A stretch of 60,379 nucleotides of DNA, filler included, from Basidiobolus ranarum (GCA_040143965.1; 6 parts of 6 records of this genome joined end to end with filler, not necessarily neighbours in it); one strand, 5' to 3'; positions 25,254-40,000 are shown, counted from the whole stretch's first letter. Numbers and translations are program-made. The notes: generated from the sequence alone by a model not told the origin.

Positions 25254-28200
25254 GACAAGCGATAAGTTGATTTTCCAGTCAACCTTGGTTGAACTTGCAA
25301 TTCTAGATTCACTTTTGTGCTGATAGTCCGTTTTGAAACCCTACCTCTTTATTCGATTTTCTTAAGCATTCTTTTGACTTTGGCTTAATAGATGTGATAT
25401 ACACCCACCCCTCCCTACCCTTTTAGTTTTTCCATTGCTGTGTATTTTTATTGCTCCTTTTCTTTATTCCCAAGTACCTCTAATTGTTGTTTTTCGTCAT
25501 GTAACTTGGGATCTCTGTTACCGACCCCAGAGTGATACCTACTCTCTACTCAAGAGTATGTACCCCATTTTGGTGTTTAGCAACCTGCTGTGCCCAAATG
25601 GTTTGTTCATTCACCGAAATTCTCCAAAATATTCAATATATTAAAAAGTGAAATATAGAATGTACGCCCATCCGTTTTGGTGCAGATGGTTTTTCATGAC
25701 TCATATTGAGAAATGAGTGAGGTTGCTATATTTGGAACAGCAATCGAGTACACTCAATGATATACCTATTAAGATCATTTGTTCGTATTTGTATTTCGTG
25801 GAATCAGGAAACGCGTATAGCGGTTCATCTCAGCACCAATGAAACCACGATGGCTCCATGGACTTTTCCCTTGGTAAGTAGCTTATGAAGGAAAGCCATT
25901 GGTGCCTCTGGGGCAATGAACACCATTGGATAAGTGCGAAGCATGAATGAGGATTGATTTTATTTGGTCCATAATAGCCTATTTCTATAGAAGGGGGCTC
26001 AGTGTGAATCTGGCCAGACAACATCAGACCTGTTCTGACTCATCGTGAGTGCCTTGTTGACAACCTTCATAGTTAGAGAGGATGTGTCTAATTAAATCCA
26101 GGAATAATCCAGTCCGAAAGAAACCACTTATCCCAATAGGTGCTAATGTGAGTTTGGAAACTGAAGATTGAGTTGAATTACTACTAGTACAAGGGGTAAT
26201 GGCCCTTTGATTCAACCCACGTTACACAATCACCATTAGCCACTTCTCCGAGAATCACTTCAATCTCCATTCCCCATGAATTCTATCCAACCATCGACCG
26301 AAGAAAATTAGTCAACTTCGAGAGTAAAAACCATCGAATTTCTCGCTAGAGCCATCGAGATGTAGGCTAGACTGTCGACATCAGGTGAAGTCTATGGTGT
26401 TGTCACTCTTCATCCCCGGATTTATTCAGTGTTGTTGATGCAGTTTAACCAGCCTTGCAGACCGATCCAATCATTAGCCTTGGGGCTGAATCAAGTGATG
26501 GTGTTGGAACATGTATTTATTGTACCTTCTATGGACCATACATAACATCGGAGCTGCAAGCTTGGAAACCTCATTGAAAACCGCAGATTGCTCCTCAGAA
26601 TCTCCTAACTTCATATGAGTCACTGGGGAGGACATGAGCACGGGATCTGGGGATTGACTCCTTATGAAACAGTTGATGAGGAACTCTAACGATTCCTCCT
26701 CAGAGCCTACATTCTAGCTGCCAATAGCATTGGAGGTGATCGTAACTGTCAATTCTACCTAATGGAACTATATCTGTAAAAGGCATGGAACTAAATTAAG
26801 GGGGTGTCCTTGACCATTCACCAATGGACATCATTAAATTGATATTGATTTTGAGAAACAGCTCTTACTACGTTCGTGTTACCTTCATGATTAGTTCGTT
26901 CATACAGACGCTAATGGATGAGATGGCAATTGAATCGTTGGGCTTTTCGTAGGCTAACAAGCTCTTAATTCACACACACAAAGTTTAAGGTTGGTCACCT
27001 TCATGGTCGTGAATCAAAGACACCATAAATCTCACATCTTAGCAAAGCGACTTAGTGGAAAGACGACATGTAGCAATCTTTCCTCAATATAGACAATTGG
27101 CAACTGACGTATACATGACATAACCATACTGAGATCACATGAAATTCAGCTTGGTAACATACAAGATCTGGAAGCTCCCAGCTGCTCTGTAGCTCAACTG
27201 TGAGACTGGAGACCATGAATAGATTCCCACCGCTCTGGATGTATCAGATTCAATATTTCTTCAAGCTCTAAAGGGTTCAGATAAAACACAATAACATCAC
27301 TCGTAAAATGACCCGTTGGTTTCCATATGTTTACATAGGTGCTTATTAGTAAACCTTCCTTCTCGAGGTCATCAATCGTAGATATTCCTACACCTCAAGC
27401 CCTTGAGAATTGGCAGAGGCACTCGGATAGGAGTTATTTTCAGAGTCAGGTTTAGCCAGTTTCTGAATCCATGACGATATGCTAGAGAAAGGTCGACTCC
27501 ATGTTGCACACCAATGAAACACGAAATGTGTGTGATGTAACTGTCGTGGGTTGATGTAACATTGATCCGAATAATTGAGGTTACATCATTTCCAGGCTTC
27601 ACAACCAATATGGAGTATGAATTGGTTTGGTGATAATCCAGCCATTCCATTTGTACCCCAATCGATCGTCAGGTCTGTTCAAAATTGGGTCAGAATCGAA
27701 TGGAATTTATTTTCATCCAAATCTATATACGTCCAATATCTCGCTCTCCATTCACTTGTTGGGCTTGACGGTTACTGTGGCCTATTTCCCTGCTGAATGC
27801 TCCATTCCCTCTTCTTAGCACTCTTTGGTGATATTGTTTGATTGACTATCTTCAGAGGGACGCCGTGCGGTAGCATAGTAAACATTGGTGAAGGATGGGG
27901 CAGAGGCTCGAAGGATGATTTGTAGATAAATATATTACTGCATCATTTGTTGAGAGCGCAGGGAATTCACTAATTTGGACGAACTCTTTTGGTATAGACA
28001 TTGAATGAATCTGAGTTGACTTTAAAGTCCCAAATTGCCTTCGGAGTTCGTTGAATCCGACTATCGATGGGTTTTGTGAGATAACACTATTAAAGTCGCT
28101 ACAACCTCTAATCTTAGATCAATAACAAGGATTAATCCGTCTGGTTTACATGAGATCACTATCATTCGATAACTTTCAAAACGGTCACTTTGCCACTTAC

Positions 28201-29504
28201 TTTGGGGTAGAATATTCAAATCCCATTTCTATGCTGTCTGTGAGTAATGAACAAATCACATAATATGCGGTTCGAATTCTGAACCCACCCCTTTTCTCCC
28301 TCTACTACACCGATTGATTCCACTTAAAACTATGTATCCATGAAAACGAGACAGTGATCCAGTCTTTGCTGTAGATGTTGGATGAACCCAGCTTAGTGTT
28401 TACTGGAATTTACCTCGGTGTCTGGCCATTCAAAAGAACATCGCCGGCACTGGATGTATATGCAAATGGTCTATTCAGGCTACCATTGGGCGATTTGATC
28501 GAGCTTGGGAGACCAAATTTGGGGATAATAGGAAGCCATCCACTTTTTTCTAAACCAAGGCGAAGTATAAATCAAGGTGAGAATCGAAACCATGGATCAA
28601 TGATGGATTGGGAACATTCAAGTCCCAATATATCCATAAATGTCATCATATGCGTATCACTTTATCTCAATTAGAAACTATTATTAGAAGTGGGTAATTT
28701 CAACCAATATTCTAGGGAATTCTTGCATCGAATGGTATGGATCCCGAATTCCCATAAATTATTCCCAATAATAAGAAAATAAGCTTCATTTAGCTTTCTC
28801 ATTCCCATTGTAATTCCCAATGTAATTGAATCATATCCTTCTATCGTTCAAATGTTCCTATGTACGGAACAAGCGGAAATTTCATTTCTGCACGGTAATT
28901 TCGGAAAATGATACCCCTGAATAGGTTCATCTTCGTAATTAAATTGATTCGTCTACTATGTGTATATTAGTACTTCATTCTGGTAAGAAATTTTACCATC
29001 ATCTCATCGAATACTTTTACTCAGGTTCTCTTTAGGTCTGGTTACATAAGAATTCGCCTGCTTATCGTTTATCAATTTACCAGTTGCATTATCTTCCGGT
29101 AATATTAGAATTATAGGCATATAGTATAATATTCATTAAGATGGCTAATTCCAGTAGCAATCTATGCTGCCAGATATCAGAATATATTGTTGTTGGCTGG
29201 TCATAATATATCAAGCACGATTCATTAGGTAGCCGCTCCATTTCCAACCTGCCCATATGATATTCAATAGTCACCGGTTGGATTCTCAGAGAAATGATGG
29301 GACTCTAGGTTCTGTATCTAGTGTGGATTAAATGGTATTCATCCCGGATGAACCATATAAAATCACTGTAAAATCTAATTCCCATCTTTCTCAAAGATGT
29401 CAAATACTAAATAAAATTAGAATCCATTTCCAACTAGCCAGTAAGATCAATTTATGAGTTAAATTTTGGAGCATGGTGAGGAAAAATTCTCAGTAGCAGT
29501 ATTA

Positions 29505-30166
29505 TGTTGAAGTTAGCATAGCCTAAATGTTTATATAGTCATACATGACTTGGTATATAGTTATTCCATATCTCACTAAGGTATCACTTGTCAAAATTAG
29601 CATTGCCCAAACACCTATATAGTCATATATAGCTTACTACTTAGTTATCTTATATTTCACTAAGATATTACCCATTATTCTCATAACAAATTTATTTAGA
29701 ATATTGACACTAACTTAGTGTTAAAGTATTTGGGAGCCTGTTGGAAGTGGTTTGGAGAATTAGAGAAATTGATGGTTTTCACTTGTTGATATATTGAGTA
29801 GAAAGTTGACATTTATAGCTTTGTCAAGATGTAAGCAAAATAGCATGTAGGAAGTGTGTAGGTATGTCCCAGAAACATGTGTTCAAAGTTTGGGGTTTTC
29901 AGCTTAAATTTGAAAAAACTGTATATTGGAGAACTTACAAGTTGGCAAGAATATTCTGGGTAAATGCCAATTAAGAATCATGGGTAATAGCTTAGTGAAA
30001 TAAAAGATAATTAAGTACTAAGCTATATATGACTACATAGATGTTTAGGCAGTGCTAATTTTTTTAAAGTATTTGGGAGCCTGTTGGAAGTGGTTTGGAG
30101 AATTAGAGGAATTGGTGGTTTTCACTTATTGATTTATTGAGTAGAAAGATGACATTTATAGTTTTG
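29505..30166. mobile_element. Nest of LTR fragments of the same family as 22329-22678
   Basis: Partial copies at 29505-29588 and 29589-~29700 in one orientation. Near-complete opposite-orientation copy at 29719-30062, and a further tandem copy from ~30063 cut by the contig end. Confidence 0.8.
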
Positions 30167-30266
30167 NNNNNNNNNNNNNNNNNNNNNNNNNNNNNNNNNN
30201 NNNNNNNNNNTTAATTAATTAANNNNNNNNNNNNNNNNNNNNNNNNNNNNNNNNNNNNNNNNNNNN
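30167..30266. other. Artificial contig-joining spacer
   Basis: N44-TTAATTAATTAA-N44. Confidence 0.98.
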
Positions 30267-30325
30267 TTAATTACTCTTGTTGAAGAACCTCTTTGAGTAC
30301 GTCAACATAAATACATACTTTCAAC

Positions 30326-33017
30326 CTGGACTCGTGGTATCCTGACAGTAGTCGGAGGACTCGTCGTGCGCGGTATAACCTTTCACCACACAGTTCCTCT
30401 GTTGATAGAATTCAATCCAACATTGAGGAACCACCACGTGTGAACGAACCTCCTACGGAATACACTACCTCCACATCCAACAATCACACATCAACTAGTA
30501 GCCCTATCTCTGATCCCAGTTCAGGAAGCTCTAATTTAAATCTAACACTCTTGGCCAACGCTAAGGAATCAGTGGGTGAACTCTCTTTACCACCACGCAA
30601 ACGAATTAAAATCCCGTCTACTGTACTAGATCGGAAACTAGAGCAAATGAGGCTGGAAATGGATCAATATGCGAATCTTTCACATAATAATAATGTGGGT
30701 CGAAGTAAACATGAGGCTAAGTCATACTTAGATATGAAGCAATCCAAGGATAGATACGAAAGAGAGGAGGTGGTTCGTTTGATATGCCAATCACTCCAGA
30801 ATTTAGGATATAGGTATCTTGAATTCCCCTTTGTACACACGAAAGGTTATGACGATGATAATCTTTCTTTGCTTTTAGTCGGTCAACGCAACTCTTAGAG
30901 ATGGAATCTGGATTTAGTCTCGAGCATCCTCAAGTGACTCAGTTTCGACAGGGTGTTTTGATGGGTGACTGGTCGCTCGTAGAAACTTTATTACCTTCGT
31001 TAGGCCTGAATGAGCCGGAAAAATTAGAGGTCGGAGGTCTTTGCAAACGATGGATGTAGGGGATCTGTGCATGTAGAAACCCCAAGACTAACGTTCATAT
31101 TTATAGAAGGTTCAGTTCTTGGTTAGACGGCAAAAGTACCTAGAGCTTTTGGAGGCTCGCGAAGTCCCTATGGCGCTTGGGGTCCTCAGGAATGAATTGA
31201 CTCCGTTAAATTGTGACACTGAGCAGTTACATCACCTTTCTAGCCTTTTGATGTGTAGTGATGTCAAAGATTTAAAGAAGCAATCTGGCTGGAGCGGTAA
31301 CAAAATTGAAGGAAGAGCGCAGCTATTGGAGCAATTACAAGGTAGCTAATGCTCAATACTATTGCACATATCTACAGCAACCAGCTAAACATAAGTTAGT
31401 CAATATCGCACCTTCGATAATGATACCTAGTCGTAGATTAGAAACACTGTTCGATCAAGCGGCAAAGTATCAAAGGGACCATTGTCTGTACTACGACATT
31501 GCCGATAGAGAGTTCAGTTTATACGCTGATCATCGATGTGATGGGTAAAGAAACTTACTTGGTATCATCAGTTATCATCTAGATCTATTTACCCGTTTCC
31601 AGAACTCAATTTCCAGGTGTTACCAAACATGTGTTTGAAGGGCATTCTGATGAAGTGTGGTATGTCGCATTCTCCAACAACGGGAAGTACATTGCTTCTG
31701 GATCCAAGGACGGAACAGCCATCATTTGGAGTGTTGAGGTATATGTCCACGTGATTTGTCTTTATACGTGACATTTGTTCTGATGCATAAGATGGTAGGA
31801 AAAGCGCAAACTACATGTCTTGGAGGCCCATGACAAGGAAATTGGTTTTCTAGCATGGTCCCCTAATGACTCGATGATTGTGACCTGTGCCAGCGATGGT
31901 GGGCTTAGTCTATGGAATACTAGGGTTAGTCATCAACTGGCAATTTAATCACTTTTGCACAAGTTTATTAATATTGGTTATCTTTGTTGGACAGAATGGA
32001 ACGTGTATACGCACTTTGGATAGTCATACTGAAATAGTCACTTCTTGTGCTTGGTTACCAGATAATGTACACTTTGTAAGCGGCGGATTAGATAGAAGCC
32101 TGTATTTATGGGTAAAGTCCAGAGTGTTTGTGTCACCTTATCCGCCAATTTCTAACATACTGATGGGACTCTCCAATCCAGAACATTCAGGGGAACAATC
32201 TTCACAAGTGGTCGAATGACAGAGTAACTGATATTGCTGTCAGTAAAGATGGTAAAAAGATGGTCTCGATCTGTACAGATTGCAAAATCCGAATATATGA
32301 TTTGGAGAAACGCCTCGAGTTAGAGTAAGTTTCCAGTGAATGATTGCGGTATCCGATTTCTTGGCTAACAGGTTGCCCTTATGGGCGCAACTCAATAGTT
32401 ATATCGAAGAAGATAGACGTATTAACTCAATGCGGCTTTCAGATGACGGAAGATTTGTTGTTGTCAATTTGAATGATCAGGTGATTACGCTAGAGACCTT
32501 GTTTTATGTATGTTGCTATAATTAACTTTTCGGATATCACCTGTAGGACATTCATTTATGGGACATCGTTGAAAAAAGACTTGTACGCCGATTTGCCGGA
32601 CTAAAGCAATGTGAGTTCATTATCCGATCCTGCTTTGGAGGCCATGAACAGTCGTTTATTGCTAGTGGAAGCGCAGGTAGAGTTTCGAAACTTATTCGGA
32701 CGTAAATAGCCCACAAGGAATTCAAAATACAATCCATACTTTAATTAGACGGATCTATCTATGTTTGGCATCGTGAGCAAGGGACATTGATCGAAGTTCT
32801 GCCTGGACATGTAGGACCGGTAAACTGTATCCATTGGAATCCTGTTAATCCTTATATGTTCGTTTCTTGCAGTGATGATCGAACCATTCGACTGTAAGTG
32901 GTTTTGTGTAATTGAACATCTACTCACAGATTGGACTTATTAACTTAATTACGTTGAACAATCATAAGTTGGGGCACTAGCGACCATTATGACAAGGGAA
33001 AGCAAAAATCCGAGTAA
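30326..33017 (+). CDS. GID7: LisH/CTLH + WD40 protein, WDR26/GID7 orthologue, many exons (start uncertain; first in-frame ATG at 30647)
   Basis: [63 protein letters not shown] and [14 protein letters not shown]. Confidence 0.88.
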
Positions 33018-34761
33018 GATACTTGTTACGATGTTTCTTGAACTGGGAAGATCTTCGCTTTTGAATTGGACTTTTGGTACGACTTCTTTTATTTCCTATT
33101 TTTGAAACCCTCTCTTTACACACTATGGAGTGGGAGAGCAAGTTTAATTCCCCCAAAATTTCATGTATAATAAAACCTATTTGCTGATTTCGTTCTTATC
33201 TTTGAGAAAAAGGAGGGCTGTTGCAATTGAGCGAGTTTGGCTCAGTGAACTTCTGGGTTTGCGTTTAAAGTGTTGTTATATATTGTAGATATTGAATAGT
33301 TTTGTGGTAACTGCGAAAGCCTTCTACTGAATTGTGTATTATTTGTACAATGGGGTTTTGTACCAGACAAGGATTACCCAAGCAGTATTCAGATCAAAAA
33401 ACACATACAATTGATTTCAAGTTTGATGTGGCTATACTCATGACAACATAGCCGTAGCATACTATATTTTACTAGCACTATTCCCGTGCATCATTATGAA
33501 GATGCAATCCAACCAATATAGCTAGGTCAGTCACTTGGCTGAGTATGCTTCCTTCCTTTCTTCTACATAGTTGCACCATATATGAAGATCATATGCAACC
33601 ATATGTTGTCACGAAGGATGAGCATTAGCTGTAGTTTATTTTAATAAAAGATCCCCTTATCTAATTAGATTATTAAGTATGAGTCCAAGACATTCCAAGC
33701 CGAAGAGTTATTATATATTAGTGTTACGTGCTTTAAAAATTCTTAATATTCCCGTAGGTCTATTGTAATTTAATCTTGAATGACATCGGTTATGTGCCGA
33801 AAATCTAGGCAGACTCAGTGTGATACTTTGTCATACTTACTTGCGGAAGTGTTTCCGAGAATTCAGGAAGAAAATAGCAATGATTGAAAGATCTATCACT
33901 GTTGAGAAATCAGCATATTCCTAATCAATGTTGGCGTATTTCATGCCAATTGGAACTAACCTCAAGTGTTTGCCATATCAAAACTACCTGTTGAACTCTC
34001 TTTAATGGCAAGGTAAAGGTTTCACGCAATAACATAAGCTCTGTCATTGCGCAGATTCTCATGGTGAGGACAGGTAATGGTCACCATAAAATAAAGGAGC
34101 CTAATCGTGTATGTGCAATGGATTTATTTCATTTCAGTGTCCTCCTCAAATTTTAATGAAAAGAAATATGCAAATATCCTCCCACCTGGTTATATTGTAT
34201 CATCATTACTTCACCTCTCATATTATCCAAAAGAGTACGTATCTAACTCCTGGGTACTTCATCCCTGATCCAGTATATTTAAAGCTACTGCAATCCAATC
34301 AGACTCCGCCCCATCCACTCTATGCCGTGTGAACGTACAGTATACAATGTGATCCAGGAATTCCTGTCGTTTCCAGTTGGGAGTATGTATACCTTTGGTC
34401 TCACATCCGATGTATTTTTACCCTTCACAAATCAATCCCACCACCAAGCGACTAGATTAATTGTTTGATTGCAACGCACATTTCCCAGCTATTATATGGC
34501 AATGAATGGTGTCACGTATGACTGCAGAATTTCTATTGAATGCTGTAGTCTAAGCCTTTTGTTGGTCAATACTCGACTCGATCGTTGTCATTCAATATTG
34601 ATCTTGAGAACTCCTGGTCTGATGGTCGGCTGAAAGCGCGTTTTGATCAATGGTTTGATTTACTGTTTATTTCTTGATAAATAACGAATCTAATTAAGGA
34701 TAGGCAGCACTAACTATTCAGGTCAGGGATTACCGGAGCGCCGAAGTGGTTGGAAAGGTCG

Positions 34762-35587
34762 TTAGAAATAAGGTTTGTTGTCACCGATGCAGTCACTTAC
34801 TGTTGTAAGAGTGTATCCAGATTTCCGAATGTAATCAATCACTGCACTGATTTGATTTACCGTTCCTTCATGAATATCATGCATCAAGATAATGTAGCTA
34901 CTTGTTTCTGGATTCGACACTTCCAAAACCTTTTGGATATTTTCGAGATTTTGAGGTTTACGATCTTTTTCGGCATACTTCCAGTCGTTGGTATCCAAGT
35001 TCCACTGAATCAGTTTGTACCCCTTACTACCTAGATGCTCTTTAGTATCCGAGTCACAATTCCCATAGGGACACCGTAGATAGCTGGGATTTTTCCCGAT
35101 AATCCCCTCAATCAATCCCGCGCATTTCGTTAGTTCCTTGCTGGTCTCGGACTTGGATAGTTCTGAGAGGTTTGGGTGGGAGTAGGTGTGAGATGCAATC
35201 TCATGCCCTTCATCGAAGGCTCTTTTCAATACTTGTGCATATTTCTTCTCCTCAAGTTGCTCTCCTATTCAGTTGGTAAGTAAGCCGTGGCTTAACATCA
35301 ATATGGACATCCTTAATAGCTTACCGATAACAAAGAATGTGACTGGCACTCCTTTGGAACTTAAAGTCTCCAGTAACTGGGAGGTATAAGGACCTGGCCC
35401 ATCGTCGAATGTTAAAGCAATATGTCCAGGACGACGGCATCTATAAATAAATCTCCCGGGATCAACTCTAATGGCATCTGATTAGTAAACACTCGAATTA
35501 TAACCTGATGATAGGATGCGCATACTCATTGTTGCTACTGACAATCGCCAACAAGAAGATCAAAGCGAAGGTACAAGATCTCAACAT
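34762..35587 (-). CDS. Secreted chitin/polysaccharide deacetylase (CE4, NodB domain), 3 exons
   Basis: Signal peptide; TFDDGP, HEIASHTYSH, RCPYG and ILMHD motifs. Confidence 0.93.
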
Positions 35588-36320
35588 CTTTGTTAGTGGA
35601 AAATCCTTGAATACTTCGATCAGTAATTTGAATCCACCTTTTTATACAGTTCCAATACTTCAAACCAAGGTTGAAGTTCGGTTTGCCTAATGTTCAATAC
35701 ACTACCTCAAATCGGGGAATTCTCTGGTTTAAGAGAGAGCATCATTTACTCATGATCCCTTACAAAACCATTCCTTTACCGTTTGGTTTGATTTTGATCG
35801 AATCTAGTTGTATGTGAGACGCAAGCTCGGGGATTTGTTATCCGATTCGTATTCATTGAATCGTTTCATGTAGCGAATAAATGGAAGCTTAGTGTAATGA
35901 TCTACTCAGTATTGAGGCCATCACCTGTGGTTAATAGAGTAATAATCCTCGTTAAGTGCTGGTGCAAATTACCGAGGAATCCCGATGGAATTCTGATTAA
36001 AATACTGGATGCAGCTGCAGGTCGTCAGGAAATACCAGAATTTGGAACTCAACCAAACAGGTTGTCACATGAATGAGTTTTTCTTGATCCCAGCCTTCTA
36101 GGTCACATACCCAACAAGTGATGGCATACACGATCAATGATCTTGCGTAACATCTAATTTGGGTTAACGAAGGCTGATCAATCAGCATCTTTTGGTTGTT
36201 GGGGAGGAGAGGGGAGGGGGATCCGCTTGACCATAGGTGGTGGAGATCTGATATCACATATAAATCGACACACTGACCCCTCCAAGAACGGCCTACGCTT
36301 CTTTGAAATTTGATTTCATC

Positions 36321-37040
36321 ATGAATCCGCATTTTCACAACCACAGTTTCTTGTCATGTAGCAACGAGAACTGCGCATATTCGGTGGAAGAGATTCCGGC
36401 AGCAGAGAGCTCTTATGCTGTAGACCAAGATCATCCGCAGTTGATGCAACCAAATTACAGCCATAGCACACTTCCATATATACCTAGCGCTAGTACTTCG
36501 AATGATATAGATCGTTCTTACTACTCACTTCTACCGCAGACTGGTTCATTGAGTGGCTCTGAACAGTCTTCAAGTCCACAATATCTACAAATGGCTGATT
36601 TTGATAATTCACCATCCCAAAATTGGCAAGATCTATTGCATCCAGCATATCAGCCCAATAGCCCTTGGCCAATGGCTGCTCCCTCCACCGAATTACCAGA
36701 CTCATTCTCTCAGAAGTCTGCCGAAACTACTGTGGAAGATCGGGCGAGTCGTCGACGCTATCTACGGAAATCAAATAGCGGGAAGATCAAAGGTAGTGAC
36801 GCCCATGTACCACCAAAAGATCGGCCGTACTCATGCACACATTGCTCACGGTCTTTCACCAGGAAATATGATCTGGAAAGGCATGAGAGACTACATACCG
36901 GTGACAAGCCATACAAATGCGCTTTTTGTCACAAATCATTTACCCGTGTGGATGCTAGACAACGACACTATAAATGTGACGACACATGCGCTGTACTGTA
37001 TGCTCTTACGGAAAGTTGGGGCATTGAAATGCTACTTTAA
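36321..37040 (+). CDS. C2H2 zinc-finger transcription factor (two fingers)
   Basis: RPYSCTHCSRSFTRKYDLERHERLHTGDKPYKCAFCHKSFTRVDARQRH. Confidence 0.92.
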   Translation: MNPHFHNHSFLSCSNENCAYSVEEIPAAESSYAVDQDHPQLMQPNYSHSTLPYIPSASTSNDIDRSYYSLLPQTGSLSGSEQSSSPQYLQMADFDNSPSQNWQDLLHPAYQPNSPWPMAAPSTELPDSFSQKSAETTVEDRASRRRYLRKSNSGKIKGSDAHVPPKDRPYSCTHCSRSFTRKYDLERHERLHTGDKPYKCAFCHKSFTRVDARQRHYKCDDTCAVLYALTESWGIEMLL

Positions 37041-40000
37041 CTGGCAACACTCTTGAGTCACTTTAGCAGGTTTCTTCATTGTAAATAGCTTTGTTCATTC
37101 GCTTATAATAATATACTAGCTCTTTGATTACCTGAAAATAAATCTATACACTATTACACACTGACAACTGTTTCGTAATTGGATGCATACCGTACTTGGT
37201 CTGAGAGTGCTATCAACAGCTGTTCACAATTGTATTCGTTACTTTCCTAAGTAGACAATACGGAATCCCCACCCAACTTCTTTTTGGAAATCTACGCTTC
37301 AGCTATTTAACCATTTACAGGTTTGATCTTACACCAGCCATCATTGTGTTACAGTAATTTTCTCTATCTCATGAGACACAGCTGCATCTGATCAGCTCAA
37401 GATTTGGGGAATTGACACTACACGGACGTAACTGTGTATGGGTAACCGCAGGATATCTTGATCAGCTAACCTATAGCAATAGTCAGTTTAACAGAGAAGT
37501 AACAACAAAGCACCTGACAGCTGAGCATCAAAAGTGAGCTAGATCCCATTCTTCGAGTATCAATCTCCATAGAATAGGTAGAGCTACTGGAGCTTTGAAA
37601 CTCCTCAACAGCGCTGCCTGCTGAGTGGCTGATCGGTATGCTCTGCCCATTGGCTGATGCAGCCTTGATCGAAACTTGGTAGAATGAGAATGTATTCTGC
37701 AGTGAGTAACACGCCTAAATAATATAACTCATTTTAGGCATTGAAATGGAAGTCGGATATGCCTCGGCATGTTTCTTCCTATTTTAATAGCTTTAGATGC
37801 AGTGTTGCAAGGGATCTTTACCAAATAGTACTAATAGATTGAAATTGATCGATCACAGCATTCGTGTTCTTGGGGTTCCTTTCACTTGCTTGAAATGCAA
37901 GTCATAGATGTTTTCACACGTAGTCCCATCATAAGAGACTACGGCAATGAGCCGACAAAGTGTTTGTTTCTTAGTAGCACACATCACCGTAGTGCCACCT
38001 GAAGATTGCTTTTCTGACGAACAGGAAATCCCATTCAAATTCCCCATTCCTACTGTTTAAGAAACCAGATAACTGGTATGGCTCGATCAAAATTCTGGAT
38101 TCCAACTTGCTCGGGAGATTCTGGACATTATTCCTGGCCACTGATTTTGCAATGGTTGGGTAGTTAAGACTAGGGAACACTCTTCAGTGTACAATGAGTA
38201 CAAACTTCGCCACTAACCAGAATCGAACCCACAGCGAATGATTTCATCATGGCCTCATTTGATTCACTCTTATTACTCCATTCTTGCTTTAAATCGTCAT
38301 AGCTTCACGGACTACATGGGGCAATCTGCAAACCACCATGAATCCCAGGGATAAGTGTGTGGTTGGAATGTTGTATTACAATCAGAATGAAGAACCATGT
38401 AAATCCATGGTTGAGTCACCAATTGTCTTCATCGCTTCTATTGCGTAGTGATCCACGATGGTACAGATAGATAAATGTGTTTGTTCTAGGTGAACCTGGT
38501 TGTCGATTGACTATTTCATAAGCATTCCAAGTGATCGACTAAGCTGACGCTTTGGGAATGTCCCCTTCTCATGGTAAAGAACCCTAAATACCGATTTGAA
38601 AGTCTATTGATACACAAGAGAATTAACAGGTGAGCCTTTTGCTCATCTTGATTAGCCCAAACCGCCAATTATTTAGCAAAATAATAGCCATTCCCAAATG
38701 TGAATACACTATAGTATGGTCATGTTTGTGGTACGTACACAGTAGTGATGCTTTTAGTCTAGCAGTGATCAAGAGAAGTCAGTATCTGGTAGTATCAATG
38801 TATGAAGTCATGTATAACCCTCATCAGATTTCAGACCATCCAATGATCATTTACGTTGTGAATTCTCTATTTATCTCCAGAATGGTTGTATCAGATGTAT
38901 TAGGTAAAGAACTGTTCTTGATAACTTTGGATTTTCCTTAAGTCTACCTCGTATACCTAGCTGAGATAGCTTTGATAGTAGGATTTGCAATAATGGAATA
39001 AAGTGCGTCCCATTGTATCGGTTGGGTGGATCAATTGATATATACAGGTTCTATCTGATAAACATTAAACCATTTGTATATATCTTTGACTCTCTATGGA
39101 TGATAAGTGCCAATTGGTATATAAGGCTAATATGTGGCTAAAGATGGCTCATTACCCCCAGGATGAAATCATGCAAATCAGCACAGACTTTAGGGAATCC
39201 TATTCAAATGCACCCTATCTTGCCTTAATATCTTTATAGTAGCTCAGATAGTTGGGATATCTATCTCCTAATTCATCGACCCACAAGGTTTAATGAATCA
39301 CCATCACTGAAGCTGAATGTTTTGGAGATATATTAGTATTATGAAAGGGCTGGCACCTCGAATATAGAATGACGCCACAAAAAGAAAAACACAAAGTCGG
39401 GTGCAATCTGAAGGTTGATGTTCCATTTGTTGAAAGATATGTTGCCAAGGCTAGGTAAACAATACAAGGAGCGTATATCAAGTGAGGGTTGTAGTGCTGT
39501 AGCTTCACCCACAATAACTATTCCTGCTCTCACATCAAGAGCATATGGGATTATTTGAGAAAAAAAATCATCTTCCAACTCTCAGGTCCCAGTCAATAGT
39601 AAACTCCATTTGTACATTAGAGCTTCCTTAATCATCATTATTCCTTGGTGACTTTGAAATCTGAATCACCCATGCTAAGCACCAAATATACCATGAACTG
39701 AGGGAGATATGGCTATATCATTCTCAGCATTTCGTTGGGAAATTTTGTTAGAAGAGGAAAACGCGGATACAGAGGTCGACGAAGGTTTCAACTCAATTGC
39801 CTAATTCGCTAGTGAAACGTATTTTCAATAATATTCTTACCTTTCTCGGATAATTTTTTCAAACCATATATAACCTAAATTGGGTGATTGTTTTGATTTT
39901 CGCGGATGACATCATCAGCCAAGATTTACCAATGTAGATAGATTTTCTTAGCCAGATTTGAACGGATGCGGGTTAGCTTTGAAGCGATAGATTTGATTTC

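Noticed and set aside
26180-26220. Minus-strand RGLNQ resembling the LINE RT motif RGLxQG
   Set aside because: Needs a frameshift, and no YADD-like or other RT motif follows.
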